Below are positions 11,608-25,473 of a stretch of 64,000 bases of DNA, piece after piece. The stretch spans positions 16,618,001 to 16,682,000 of the forward strand of contig NC_045697.1 of the NCBI RefSeq assembly GCF_009834535.1, written 5' to 3'. Under the pieces are notes generated by a model. That model was not told the origin of the DNA. It searched no databases and worked only from the letters and a program-made list of their open reading frames with translations. This stretch comes from Camelus ferus. Lineage: Eukaryota. Position 1 is the stretch's first letter; the number at the start of each line of letters is the position of its first letter. The position numbers were made by a program, and so were the translations under genes.

Positions 11608-14029
11608 AAAGATGAGCAAGGTCGACCTGAACTTGGATGCCAAAGAGCTTCTGTAGAAGGTCCCTGACACCCAAACCTGGAATCCCTGAGTACTCTTACT
11701 GCTCCCCAGGCTAAGAGATTACTCCCATAGCCAGTCCTTTCTCACCCTGTTTTGGGCTCTTTGCTTTTTTTCTCTCTCCTTTTCCTTCTCTCTCCCTCTT
11801 CTTTGCTGCAGGCTCCACATACCTCAGCAAATTATTAATACATTTCCCATTCTGTACTTTCTTTTTAATTTGCCTTCTTCCTACTGTGATCCTGAGCCCA
11901 ATTGTAAATGTTTCATTCTCATTGGTGTCTTCTCCCCATGCAAACTTCTACTTGGCATCTCTTCCAAAGCTTATTTTCAGTTTTTTGAAATGCTCACAGG
12001 AAGCAAGGTAAGCTTGGAAGGCAAGCCCTGACATTCAAAGCATCCTGGAATATTTATCCCAACTGGGTTCTTATTCTCAAGATGTTTGCTTTGCTTTTGT
12101 TGTTAGCAGATGACTGGAGTGAAGAAAAGGAAGACTGTGATTGCTGAACTTGGTCTTCGGAGGCTGATACTTCCATGGGAACAGCTTATTTGTTTACAGA
12201 CAGGGTCCTTGGGGTGGTTACCATTGGTGGTTGCTGTGGCAGCTTCAACACCATCAGCAGGGACTCATCTCCACCCTGTCTTTTCCCCACACTTCCCTCC
12301 TCTCTTTATCCAGACCCTAGTTACCAGGAAAAAAAATAGAAAACCAAAATGTTTAAGTAGACCTCTTTGTTAACAGAAGATCTCGTCTGCTGTGGTTAAG
12401 CCTGCACTTGTAGAATTAAACTCAGCTACTTGCCTCCATTTCTAAACACCCCACTCTATCAAAGCTGAGGACAAATGAATCTGCTTCAAGTTTAATCAGC
12501 CTTTATTCTGGCTGTGTACCTGACACCACACAGTCCCGTAGGAAATGCCAGCTTTCCTGATTGGCTATGGCTTAGACCTGCCTGTGGCTGATACCAAGGC
12601 AAGCTTAGCATCATAGGGCTTAGGATGAACAGAGCTGGCTGTCACTAGGTACTATGCCTAGTTTCTAGTGTTCCTGGGGATAAACTGAAGCCTGGATCCC
12701 CTGGTTTCATTACCTAACACCAAAGGCAGCACCAGCCCATCCGACTGGCTTTAGCCTTATTGTTTTCTTTCCTCAGTCCTAACAACCTAGCCCTTTTCAA
12801 CCAGAGCGGACCCCTGTATCACGACAAACTGATCTCTTTCTTGCATTTAAAATGCTGGCACCAAAAATTGATCATGCCACACCTGAGTCTTTTTGTACTT
12901 GACTGCTGGAATATGGGCAGTAGTTGAATGAACCTGAAGATAGACCAAGTTGTATTAATATTAAAAGATAACCTGAATTAGATGCTTTGGATTCTGGATC
13001 TTCCTAGAATGGAAACTTTTCCAGAGGCATTTTTCCTAATATTTTTCAGTAGCTTAAGAAACTATAAGCAGAAATGTTTTAAAACAAGTCATCACTTTTG
13101 TAGGTCAAAGTCCTTGGAAGCTGTGCCTTTCACACTGTGTCCTGCTCACTGTTTCCCATGACACAGAGATTAGAAAAGGGGGGGATGGATACCATACCTT
13201 TACACCAGTGAAATATAATGACTAAACAATTTAAAGACAATCACAGATCCCAGGTGACCAGGCTTCTCGGTGTTAGATGACTATGGACTCATTTAAGTGT
13301 TTGCTCGGAGAAGGCCAGAAGTCCTATAATGGATCATGCAAGTCAGAGTTAAGTAATGGTTCACCACAGCCTGGTTAATAGTTAGACAAGCTGTTCACAT
13401 TTGATTAGAATTTTCTTTTCCATTGCTATAATTGTACGATAATTAACTCAACAGAATTACATCTCATTTGGGGAAAATATGTACATTTTGAAGTTTCAGG
13501 AGTAACAGATTCCACATGCCACAAAAAAGTCTGCAATTATACTATGGGTCTCCCACTCAGCCATAAAGTATGAACTGCTAGGTGTGCGCCTTGTGAGTTC
13601 TTGTCTCTAAAGGAGATGGTGAGTTTCGTTCAGTTCTGACTTCTTCCGAAGGCTCTATGCACAAAAGTACCCTACCCAGACAGCTGTTGATAGATTAGAA
13701 TTGTCAAGTGGCAAACAGCATGAACATCTAACATAATTTGACTTTGGAGTTCAACGTGAGATGGAGCACACGAGCACAAGGCTTCCCGAAAAGAAAAAGC
13801 ATCTATTAAAAAAGGCACGAGGCCATGATCAGGTGTTTTACATAATGAAAGGAAATTCTTTTAAAACAGATGGCAAGGTATCGGAGTGGATGTCCAAATT
13901 AAGTTATTTGCAAATTGGCCATACTGATAGCCATGGAGATCTTGTCCCTCCACTGACTGTCTATAAACTTATGCCTATCACACGTCACAACTATAATCAC
14001 TTACTGTCTCATGGTTATACCAATTTCTA

Positions 14030-14345
14030 GAGTTGCTTGTATCTTTAGAGAGTGACAAGACACTTTAAGAGCAGGAACTCATGTCTGTTTTCTCCCAAAC
14101 TTGCTAGTTCAGTGCTAGTCCATGGTCTAGTGCCTAATACACATGTTGAGTCACCCTTCAGGTCTCCTGGTCAGTATCATTTTTTTTTCTAAGAAGCCAT
14201 CCTTGACCACCACTGTTGGGTAAGTTGTCTGCTCTCTACTTCTAGAGCTTCCTGGACTTAAACTTAACAAAAATAGGACTCCTATATTAAAATTATTGTC
14301 TTGCTTGTCTACAGTTTGTTTTCAAAAAGGAGTTTTTAGTGAATA
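14030..14345 (+). mobile_element. L2 fragments
   Basis: 'ttaagagcaggaactcatgtctgttt...ctagttcagtgc...gcctaatacacatgttga' and 'ccttcaggtctc...gaagccatccttgaccac'. Confidence 0.55.
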
Positions 14346-15769
14346 AATCATCAAAGCTTTCTCTTCTAGCCAACAGTAAGAATCCTAAGAGGATCCTTGA
14401 TAAACAAAGTATATCTACCCATTGATCTCCTGGCTAAAACTTGGTATGCTTCTCCCACCAAGTTCCAGTAATCTTACCACATCAGGATTTAGAAAGCTAA
14501 ACACACTCTTGTAGGATGTCAGTAATGAGCTGTTGAAATGGGAGGAAGGATGGACAGGGTGGGGAGAAGAGAAGTCTGAGATTTCTGAGAGGCCAGTGTA
14601 ATCTTGCTTGATGAAGCAGATAGCAAACACTTACCACCCTTAACTGCTGTCGACTCTAACCGTGTCTCCTCTTCCAGGGACCTTTGGGTCCTAGACTCAC
14701 TGATAGGCTTAATATACTTGTGTTGATATAGTACAGTCAAAACAGCATTGGTTTTCCTGTTCTTTGCCTATCAGAGAATTCTAGGGACTTTATAACCTCA
14801 ACCAAAATCCTGAAGGTTTGAGTAGATGAATGCTCTGGAATCATTGATGGCATTCCCTGTTCTCCCTCCCACGCCATGAATTTGTACCTCTGTCATTGAA
14901 ATTCTTCTCTCTCTCATCCATTTCTATCTCAGCACGGACTGGACTCTTCTCTTTGTCTCTCTGGTCCAAAGCTGGATACAAATCCCTTTCTTGATTTCTC
15001 TGTAGAATAATAGATTGGTATTTTGAACAAACACTTTATGGAAAAATGACCCAATCCAGTGCAGCTATAGAGTTCATTATATAGTTCATCCTACCAAGTG
15101 TATTTTTTCTGATTCTATACATCCTAGGAGATGCAGTGAAGAGTATTTACACCCCAAATTCCCTACTCCTAGCATAATTACATTCCTGAGAGTGTTTGGC
15201 ACAGCTGTCACTGTGGTTCCTCCTTCCCAGCCTGGCTGTCAGCCATGGGGCCTGAGGACACCATCTTGCCTCTGCAGCACCCACATGTAGAACTACTTAT
15301 TTATTATATCCTTCCAACAAAAAATGTCAATGCAGTAAATGACAACATTTGAGCGTTCAAACCTGGCAGACACCTAGGGCCTTCCCACCCAGCTGCTGTT
15401 TCCTGATGGAGGGTCCAGACTGGTGCATAAAAAATAATTTGCAAGGAGGTAGCCTACCTGTGATCCCCTTGAGCAAACCGATTCTTCCACTTCTGAATGA
15501 TCATGCATCCTTCACACATCTAGAGAATTCTAAATAACTCACTGAAGGGGGCACCATCACCTACATACCTAGAGGCGTGATACTTCACTAAACCACCTAG
15601 CTGTGCTGTTACCAGGACATACTTATGATAAGCAGGTACACTACTATTTTTTAGGTATCTTAGGTTTAGGGACACTATGGCAGTGATACTTGCAATGTCC
15701 TACTGATCAGGCTATTAATTTAAAGAATTGTAACTATTAAACATACGAATGCCTATAATAGTAGCCATT

Positions 15770-15945
15770 ATACTCTCTACACACTTGTTAATGTTTCTGT
15801 CTCCTTAAAACCAGGAGCCACTTGAAATTAGAAATTAGGTCTTTTTAAAAATTTTTCATTTCCCTCACCCAACATCGTGTCTGACACTCAGTTAGCTCTC
15901 AGTAAATGTTTGATTAATTAACAAATGAATACGTGAATTAATTAA
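15770..15945 (+). mobile_element. L2 3' end
   Basis: 'gtgtctgacactcagttagctctcagtaaatgtttgattaattaacaaatgaat'. Confidence 0.65.
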
Positions 15946-16079
15946 TTGTCGGATACAAAGCAACTTTGCTTTCTATAGTCAGTACTGTTTAAATTTAGAT
16001 TAAGAAAAACATGAGCACACTCGGGCAAAGCTTAGTGATGGAATGTCCTAAACGCATGTGGGAAGGTGGTGTTGGTTTG

Positions 16080-16270
16080 GAAGCACAGGCAGAAGGATGA
16101 AAACCTGGGTTTGACCATTTTGGCAAGTTGATTTTTTTTTTTTTCTGTAAAATAGGGATAATAATTCTTATGTCATCAGGCTGTTAAATAAAATAATGCT
16201 TGTAAAGACCTTAACATGAGACTGGGCACACAGTCCGCATTCATAAAATGGAAGCCTCTGCTGTTGTCAT
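16080..16270 (+). mobile_element. MIR SINE
   Basis: 'acctgggtttga...ttggcaagtt...tctgtaaaatagggataataat...tgcttgtaaag...ctgggcacacagt'. Confidence 0.7.
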
Positions 16271-17112
16271 CTGTGTGTCAGGGTAACAAGAGCAGGCAAG
16301 CGACAGATAAAGGGTCTCTTAGTTGAGAGATGCCTGTATCTAAGCAAAGCATCATCTGAGGCATCCATCTTTGGAGAGCTGGTCTCACCATTGACCAAAG
16401 TTAACCATTAAATATTTCATCTCTAGGGATATTGACAAGAGTCAAATGGAGTCCCTTAAGCAGAACTGAGGGTTTGGAATGGACAGAAGTGATCACATAA
16501 AAACTGGGCTCAGTACAAAGGCCTGTGATCCCATGGCCAGGAAGAGAGGTCTCACTCTCAGTAAGGAGCACCATGTCCCCACTTCCAGGGCAATGGGTTT
16601 ATACTAAGCCCCAGTAGATAATAAGAAGTGTATGAAGTAGTAAGCACTCTCTGACTGAGGTGGTGAAAAATCCACTGGGGATGCCATGAAAGGGGTCAGC
16701 CGTGGAATGAAATGGGAGGAGTTAAAGAGAACGGAGGCAAGTTGACAGATACCAAGACCGGCACAAAGCACTTCATGCCTAAGGGATGACCATAGCAGTC
16801 AGGGTGGTGGTTTGTGGCTGAAGCTGGACAGAGGAAAATCCTGCATGGCCAGGCCCTCTTCATATGACACTGGGCATCCATGACATTGAAATCAAGTTCA
16901 AGGTGAAATCACGTTTGCATGACCAACAACAGTGCACCAATCAAAATGTACATCCAAGCCCAGGATGTAGTGAGAAATCAGAAATACAAGACAAGCATCA
17001 AATGCCTATAGAAACATGGTGTAGAAGTTCCAAGAAAGAAGATTTGGAGAAAAATACCACAGAAAAAAAAAACTGTTAGGGGCACACATCATGCCTCAAG
17101 GTCAAGTTGTCC

Positions 17113-17395
17113 TAGAGACGTGTCCCAAAATATGGTCTTCTTATAATTAAACTGTGAGAAGCTCCAGGAAAAAAAAAAAAAAAAACACGTTTCTGTGTTC
17201 AAGTAACTGAGAAATGCTATACACTGCAGCCCTTTGAAGAGAGCTTTCATATAATGTTAGATATTAATGACATGAGAAATCCCACTCAAAAGTATGCTTA
17301 TATTTGTTTAATCTAACATTTCCCAATCTTCTGAGGTCACCATTTTCTTTTCATAGTACTTAGTATTCTGTGAAATAACTTTGGGAAGTTCTGGC
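17113..17395 (+). mobile_element. hAT-Charlie non-autonomous DNA transposon (MER103-like)
   Basis: 'tcccaaaatatggtc...tttgtttaatctaacatttcccaa...ctgtgaaataactttgggaagttctg' resembles MER103C; ends tcccaaa/tttggga are inverted. Confidence 0.55.
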
Positions 17396-18089
17396 CCTGG
17401 ACCACCCATACTCAAGCAACTACATGTTTTTGATTTCCTCACTTAAATAACAGAGATACCAAAAATATGATAGCAAAGCACAAGGATCAAATAAGGTAAT
17501 GTATGTTAAACATCAGGAAAAGCAACCAACCTGCTCCATGGTATTTGGAAACAATGGAAGTTAACAAGAAGAACAATTGAGAATCATGGTCGCTAAGAAG
17601 ACTGTAATATTATGATAGCTAGTGTAGCATTGAAACATTAGAACTAGTACTCTTTAGATTATGTTAGCTGGTATATTTTGCATCTCTGTCCTCTATTCAA
17701 GAATGTGTTTAGCACGTCCTCCAGGGATCCCACACTGTAAAACAGTATGAACCATTCCTTGTTCCCTCCTCATATCAAACATGTCTGAGCACTGTCAACT
17801 CTCAGTTTAGAAGATCTCCCTCTCTGTGGTCATCCAAATCCCGTCTTGTTTTCAAAAGCAACACCACTTTGAGTGGAAAAATGGAAAACAAAAACAAAAT
17901 TAAACAAAAGGCTTATCCCTTTTCTTTCCTTCAGGTCCTCAATGGACGGGAAGAATCAGATCAAACAGAAAAATCTTGGAACAGAAACTTAGAGAAGAGT
18001 ATGAAACAGGAAGGATTCTCTCCCATACACACCCCAACATACACATCTCAGTGACAGGGTCATTATAGACCTTGCACAAGGTTAAGTTC

Positions 18090-19220
18090 TAGAGATTCAA
18101 ATGTTGAGTTTTCAATAGCCCCAGCCTTCTCCCTAGAACTTGAGACTCTTAGACCCATTGGCCTGTTTGACAGGCTCCAACTGGATGTCCAAATCAAACT
18201 CTTGATTGACCCTCCTGCTGCCACCAGGCTACCAAACTGCTTCTCCCATGGTCATTGGGTAAGGACAGTAAGCAGCAACCCAAGTCTATCTCCGTTCAAC
18301 CAGAAGCCTTGGTGTCGTCTTTGATGCCTCTTTCTCCCTCACACCACTTCCAATTCTTCAACCAAACCTGTCAGTCCTATTATCAAAATATAATAGGGAA
18401 GAACAAATCAGACTCCGTAGTAGATCTGTTCCTTTGGCTCTATCCCTGTGCTCTGTTTCCTGGGCTGGTTCTGTACCTTTTATAAAAGAATGTTTCCTGT
18501 AGCCTGAAATATACAGGAGAGCCTATTCTCAAGGCTCTGACCTTTCAGAGTATTAACACTTCTCCATTCATATAAATATAAAAAGTTTCAGAATAGAGAA
18601 TAATATTTGTTTTGTTGGAGGTTTACAGTGACACCATGGTCTGACCCATATGGACAGTTGCAAGAACAAAGGATTCTGACACCAAGAAGTTTGCAACAAC
18701 CAACCACACCCCCTCCCCCATTTTATCAGTATAAAAGGAGCCTGAATTCTGACTTGAGGAAGGTGGTTCTCCAGGACATTAGTCTGCCATCTTCCTGGTC
18801 TGCCAGCTTTCCAGATAAAGTTGTTATTCCTTGCCCCAATACCTCGTCTCCCAACTTACTGGCCTGTCATGCAGCGAGCAGAATGAGTTTGGACTTGGTA
18901 ACAAAACTATCTGCCCTCTACTCACATGTGAGCCACCACCATCTTTTACCCAGATTACAACACTGTGCTGTTAACTGACTTCCACCCCATGATCCTGCTA
19001 ACATGTTAGTCTCCTAATGCTGGCCCACGGTAGCCTCTCAGATCACTCACCGTATGATCCAAAGTCCTCACCACGGCCCCCAAAGGCCTGCATTCTCTAA
19101 CCTCTCACCCCATCTCATCACATCTCTGACTCTCCTCCCACTCCTATTCGTCTCCACTCACTTGTCTCTGGCCTTCCTGCTTTACCTGGAATGTTCAGGA
19201 ATGTTCCCACTTCTAGAACT
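18090..19220 (+). mobile_element. L2 internal/3' fragments, split by the LTR at 18391-18903
   Basis: 'ccccagccttctcccctagaacttgagactc...caactggatgtccaaatcaaactcttgatt' and, after the LTR, 'ccaccatcttttacccagattac...tccaaagtcctcacca'. Confidence 0.65.
18391..18903 (+). mobile_element. MER41-like ERV1 solo LTR
   Basis: Starts 'taatagggaagaacaaatcagactcc'; TATA 'tataaaagg'; 3' part 'ccatcttcctggtctgccagctttccagataaagttgttattccttgccccaatacctcgtctc...actggcctgtcatgcagcgagcagaatgagtttggacttggtaaca' matches MER41-family termini. Confidence 0.8.
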
Positions 19221-19624
19221 GTTTGAAGATTAAATGGTTGATGAATATAAAGCACTTGGAGTGCCATCATACTCATAGGAAGTCTGAGTTAATATTGTAT
19301 CACCACTGTTTGAAGCCCCTATATCTTTTTGTTTTTAACTTTCTCTTTAGATTTTCACCACATCATGTGTCATGGGTAGTGTTTTATAGAGGCATTCAGA
19401 AATGTCACTGCCTCAGAGCATTTCCTCCAAATATTCCCTCTGCCTAAATATTCTTCCCTGAGAAAGCTACATGTCCTCAGAGTCACTGCCTTAAGAGCTC
19501 TACTAAAATCATCCTATCCATAAGTCCCTCCTGGTCACAATGTACAAAATAACACTCACAACACATGATGTGGTGAAACTATAAAGAGGAAAACCAGAAA
19601 GTCAAAGGGACTCCAAATAGTTAT

Positions 19625-19832
19625 GACATAATGTTAATTGAGACATTATAAGACATGACCCTAAGAGCTTTACATGAACTGATCACTTAATCCTCAAAAC
19701 AGTTTTGTGGGATAGACAACATCGTTAATCCCATTTTTAGAGAAGAAATTTAAGACACGTAAAATTCACTAACCTGCACGAGACCACACAGCTGAAAACT
19801 AGATGTTCAGGCTGGGATTTAAACCCAGGACT
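19625..19832 (-). mobile_element. MIR SINE
   Basis: 'cacttaatcctcaaaacag...atcccatttttagagaagaaatt...ccacacagct...ctgggatttaaacccagg'. Confidence 0.75.
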
Positions 19833-19835
19833 TCA

Positions 19836-19963
19836 TTCTTGTAATAATCTTTAATGAAAAAGAAAATGAAAACAAATATATGTATGTATACAGATGACTG
19901 GGACATTAGGCTGTACACCAGAAATCGACACATTGTAACTGATTATACTTCAATTTAAAAAAA
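19836..19963 (+). mobile_element. Short young L1 3' end
   Basis: 'ttcttgtaataatctttaatgaaaaagaa...gctgtacaccagaaatcgacacattgtaactgattatacttcaatttaaaaaaa'. Confidence 0.8.
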
Positions 19964-20414
19964 GTCATTAAGTGAATTTTGGAGAAAACCAAGAATAAAT
20001 ACATAAATTGACGGGCACTGTGTTTATCCACAGCATGGCCTTTGTGTCTTGCTGATCTTTCCATTTTAGTGCACATTGAGCCCATCTTTCACTGAGTCAC
20101 AATGTTTTGTTGAGCACCTACTATGTGACATGGTATAGTCATGGGAAAAGATAAAGGCAAGAGATTAATTTGGAGAGGTAGCCAGGACTCAGATTGCATA
20201 TGACTTAGTAGGTGCTATTCCAAGTGTGATGAGAAGACGTTGGAGTGATATGACCGCATTTGCATCTTACATGGATCACCCTGGTTGCCTAGTGGTTGAT
20301 AAATAGTTCCTGGAACAAGGATGCCTATGGTGAAGTTGGTGAGAATTGGTCAGATTCACAGTATATTTTAGAGGAAAAACTAGGAGAATTTGCTGGTGGA
20401 TTGAACATATGTCT

Positions 20415-20680
20415 CCCACGTTCTTTTCAGTTGCTCCATTATATTGCACAATATGAATCCTCCATTGTTATTTAACTCATATTTAATGCACTTCTCTGCC
20501 TTTTTTTTAAATTACAAAATGTGCTAGAATGTTTGTCCTTATTCGTGGTTCTTTACACACATGTGAGTATTTCTATAGGGCTGTGAAGTGAAATGGCTGG
20601 GTCATAGAGTACATGAAAGTTTAATCTTAACAGATCCTGACAAGAAAGTCTCTAAACCATGTGTACCGATCAGCCTGTGC
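20415..20680 (-). mobile_element. Old L1 (L1ME-like) fragment
   Basis: 'ctttacacacatgtgagtatttctatagg...gaagtgaaatggctgggtcatagagtacatg' matches the reverse L1 ORF2 end/3' UTR. Confidence 0.55.
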
Positions 20681-22229
20681 CAATTGATATTCTTTCACTC
20701 CTCTCTTTAAAATGTGTTGACAATGTGATTTCAATGTGACATTGAAAACAGGCGCTCTCCCTGTTTTCCCAGTCTGTCTGCAGGTGATGCCGGGACCCAA
20801 CCTCACCTACACACCAGTGATAAGATGGTCCTTATTGCATCACTGCCCCCACCTCGTTCAGTCATTTCAATGCCCAAGCAAACTCCCACTTTTATTTGCA
20901 ACTGTCCTTTCTGGGCAAAGTTGAGAAATCAGAGAGAGAGAGAGGAGGTGTGATGACTTTCCAAGGAAATCGTAACTGCTGCGTTTAGCTACCCTTATAA
21001 ATATCTGAACACACAAAGAGCCCTTGCAAGTCCAGTTATTTCCTTGTCAAGAAAGTGTCTTTTCACAGCATTGGTACAAGGTCAGGCACTGCCTTCAGGC
21101 GCGGTTAAGAGCAGGTTGTCCTGTAATTAACCGATTTTCTACAGAACACTAGTAAGGCACGTGTTTCCTCTAACCTTGAATATCACTCAGTACATAGGTG
21201 CTCATTGACCTGTAAGTTGAGGGCTTTCAAGGAAAAGAGATAACTGTGCCTAATAATCTTTCTTACCAAGATTTCATAACCCTCTACTATCTAGCACACT
21301 CACTCTAAGATTGCCTATCAACAACACACTGTAGACTTTCTGATAAATAGTGCTTTGGACACTTTCTAAACTTTCTCTCATTAACTCTTTCAAACTCACA
21401 TGCCTGGGAGTCAGGCAGGCAGAGATATATTATTCTAAGTTTATTTAAGGTCAACCTGAGGAATGGAAAGGTTAATTGACTTGACCAAGGTCAGAAAATA
21501 AGCTTTAAAGAGAATCAAGAACAGAATTCACCTCTCTGGAAATGTTTCCAGTCTAGTGCGGAAAATGTTAAATAAGGTTTATTTCTCTAACTCTGCACTG
21601 ATCTTTTCCAAAATCTTATCCCCCAGTAGCAATTTCGCCATTCTAATTATTCTCAACTATGTTTTCACATCATGACATACACAGAAAGTGGCAGCACTTG
21701 TGTGCGTCATGAGGGTAAATGAATGAAGATGTCTGTGGTCCCAGGCGACCAGCTTGGAACCCTAGTCATCCCACATCCTGCTAGACTGTCCTGAAGAGTG
21801 GAGGGATCAGAATTTCTGCCAACTATAATCCATTTGAGTCAAACCAATGAGGAAGCGTTCACTATTCCTATAAATTGAGCTTTATGCAAAGAACAACCTT
21901 CCTCTGCCTAGGGAAAGTTGTAAAAGTATGGCAGGGCCTGAAGAATCGAGATTGTGTGTGTGCTAGAGGATCTTGTAGGCCTGGGGGTCACAGTGGCTCC
22001 TTGTTGGAGCTGTAGGAGACTGGGGTTTGGCAGATGGAGCGGAGGACAAGGTCACCATCTCAGATACGGGAGAGGAGCTGTGGGACTACGGAAAGGAAAT
22101 GCCAGTGGGACAGAAAGCAGACACCTAATATAAAAGAAATTCCTTAGGAATTGGTGACCATCCATGTGGAGTGTTGTAGGCAAGGAAGTCAAGGATGTCT
22201 TCAAGAAGGTTAGCCTTTAAAAGCTTCTC

Positions 22230-22720
22230 CCTAATGTTCCTTTCTCTATACTTCAACACATCATCCCAAATCTTACCTAGTTATCTTTCTAACATAAAAA
22301 TGTGATCACACTTTCTGTGAAAGCTTTGATGGTTTATTGTTTGGCATAAGAAAACCTGGGCATACGAGATCCTTCAAAACTAGGGCCTGAGCTTTTCAAT
22401 ACCTTCTGGATGGTCTTTATTCTTCCTTTTAATTTGTTCTCTGCCTGATAAACTCCTCCTCAAGACTCTACTTGAATGTCACTTCCTCTGTAAAAATTTT
22501 CCCCTAGTCTACCAAGCACATGAATTTTCTCCCTTACTTTTCCTCCTACAGGACCTTGTACTTTTTGCATATTAACTAATAATTTGTGTAAGTTCTGTCT
22601 CTTCCACGGGACAATGGAATTTCCCCCCAAGGTCAATGCTAAGACTTAACACCCAGCATCTAACACAGTACCTGGAACATAATAGGTACTCCAGAGTGTT
22701 TATTGGAAGAATTAAGTAAA
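22230..22720 (+). mobile_element. L2 fragment including 3' end
   Basis: 'aactcctcctcaagactctacttgaatgtcacttcctctgtaaaa...cagcatctaacacagtacctggaacataataggtactc'. Confidence 0.75.
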
Positions 22721-23319
22721 TAGATCTTTCATGTTCAATAATGTTTGAGGACTAAGAAAAGTATGATTCCTTCCATTCTGTAACAACCTGCTAGAAGCTG
22801 ACGTCAGTGGTGCTGTGGATTGGCTTCAAGTCATACATGATTTTGAATCTCATTTGTGACTAAGATTTTAGGTGAGTTTATATCTTGAAGCCTCCTTCCT
22901 CTCACCTGCAGAATGAACACAACGATACTAAGCTTACAAAGTTGAGGTGAGAACCAGTGTTTTCCTAATATTTGCCACATATCAGGATGTTCTGTAAATA
23001 TTTCTTCTCTGCTTTTCTTCATTGAAGCCACTTTAAATGCAAATAAAAAATGCTTCTTTTACAATTCCAGTCTTTATTCACATCTCAATCTACTCTTTTA
23101 TAAAGCTGACACATTTACTTTTGTAGTTATTTATCCATGAGAATATAGCATATTAAGGTACATATGTATAGTTGTACCTTTAAGTATATAAACCAATTTT
23201 TAAAAAATGGCATTCCCCAAGAAAGATATTATTGTTGCTAAATATTCATATAGGAATAATATATAAATGGTTAAAATGAGGTCTTATTATAGTAATAACC
23301 TGAGAGATAATAAAATATG

Positions 23320-23560
23320 GAATTTAAGAGCTTGGACTAGGAATAAAGAATAAACTTAGATTTGAATTCTGACACTATCCCTTTCAAGAAAAACTGACTT
23401 CCGATGCTTCAGTTTCCTCAACTGTATTCTGGACGTAATAAAATAGGTTTAACTCATAGACTCATTGTGGGGACTTAAAGAGCTACAGGATGTAATGCAC
23501 GTGGCACAGAGCCCAGCACATGGTACACTCAATGGCTGTTATTTTTATGGTTCCAATTAT
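23320..23560 (+). mobile_element. MIR SINE
   Basis: 'ttaagagcttggact...tttgaattctgacact...ttcagtttcctcaactgta...gcacagagcccagcacatggtacactcaat'. Confidence 0.75.
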
Positions 23561-25473
23561 TATTATTTCTCTGGCTTTCACCCACACTTATTACTGCAGA
23601 CTTTCAGGCTCCTGATAATCCCACCCACATAGTCTGAGCATCCCACGGGACATCCCCAATGTGCCTAGGCACATGACAACCCATCTTCACCTTTCTGGGT
23701 GAAGAAAGGGTGTGACCACAGCAGATCATGCTGGAAGCCGTGTGACTTTTCCTTGTTAATTCCACCAGGGCCAGAAATACAGTCATCCTTCCTTGTGACC
23801 GTCTACCACCCTCCTACCCTCTGAGCACTGCCGCAGCGGACATAGCCATCGACAAGCACTGTCACCCCGTATCCCCCTGAGCCCTGGGTATTTCCAGTGC
23901 ACAACCGCTCCAGATGTGTCAAAGTGGCACTGAGTTCTGTGCCAATGTGCAGAGAATACTTTGCCGCCATCTGTTGTGTTACTCTTGTGACATAGACATA
24001 AAGATGGTTTTGTCTCGTGGCTCAATATTTTGTAGGGCTTTTAGTGTGTGGGATGTCAAGGTTAAGGCTGTAGGTTGGGGGGAAAATCTGAATGACTGAA
24101 GGGCTCTTCTATTAGAATCACTCTTATTCCCTTTCCAATCACAGAGTCAGATTACTAGACAGAGCCAATTTGTTTATCTCTCTTTCCTCAGAAGAGACAG
24201 TCACTCTAGTTAGCATGCCTCAAACTTTCCCACCCAAGTTCTATACACAGTGAGCCTGAACCCCATGTGTCTGGGAACAGAGCCAAAAAATAGCCTGACA
24301 TGAGAGCAAAATCTCTTTGATGTCTCATCTTTTATCTTAGGGAAAAAATTGTATGAAGTTGGCATCCTCTTCATGGTATTATGTTAATATAAAATAATGG
24401 CATTCTTCTCCAATTTTTTTAATCTATTTCACAGCTTTGGGTTCCCGCTGGAATACCACACCAACTTCAACAGGACTCATATCTCATGTTAGGATCCCTG
24501 ATCAGCCTTGGAATAAGTGAGTTCTCTCCCGGGAGATGCCTCCTTTGTTAGCACTTGGTAGAAAATAGATTTCTGGCATGCTCTTTCCACTCATTTGTCA
24601 AAAATGCCCTGACATGGCTGAATCCCAGCCATAAACACAACTTAAGGTTAAACTTGACTCCCCCGTCCCCCAGCAGATTTAGGCCCTGCCTCAGAGACAT
24701 CATGAGGAACCTCAATTTTTATCCTACCATCTGCCTGTGCATTTGCTGGGTAAGCGTGAGGCTCTGTTGGCTGCGGAGTCAAAAGCAGAAGGATTGCCGT
24801 GCATGATTACTGATGGAAACCACATTTCTTCAAAGCATGGGCATCCACAAGGGGAGCATTTGATAAATGTGTCTTAGAGATAATGACTTGCATGGAAGTC
24901 TAGCTTTTACAAAGAAAATTTGGGTTATCCAAAGACATTCAGGGCCTTCTAGAAAATAAAACCCATTCGATTAGTTCTCTCCATGGGCTTAAGCGTATAA
25001 AAGTAATGGATCCATATAAACTATTGCATTCCATATTCACACCAATTAAAAATTCCTCAGATGGTTCAGTCAATGGCCCATATGTATTATAGTTCTAGCG
25101 ACTCCCATCGCTTTCATAGATGCAAGTCAACCATATGCAGAGACACAGGCTGTGCCAGAAGCACCAAAATAGTCCTTGGAAATGAATGCCTCTGCATCGT
25201 GGCTCATAAAAAATACCTGTTCATTATAAATGTAAGTCCACTCAGCCCAGGATTAGTTGAATGACATGAAGCTAATTTCTGAAATGCAGCTAGATTCCAG
25301 AGCTAAACGCACTGGGCGAAGACTTAATGGAAAACTAATAAGGTTACGTCCTGTTACCATTATCTGCAAATTCATGTGGTTTTCCACGAAATAAGTGGAG
25401 ATCGCTGCAGTCCTCTGAGATGTTGAGGTTTATCGCTCTCTTGTTGGTTCTGCTTAGAAAGGCCAACCTCCAC

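Noticed and set aside
11244..11615. 123-aa ORF
   Set aside because: Second half reads through an L1 3' UTR and its A tail.
18607..18978. 123-aa ORF
   Set aside because: Lies within the MER41-like LTR and L2; non-ATG start; not a retroviral gene.
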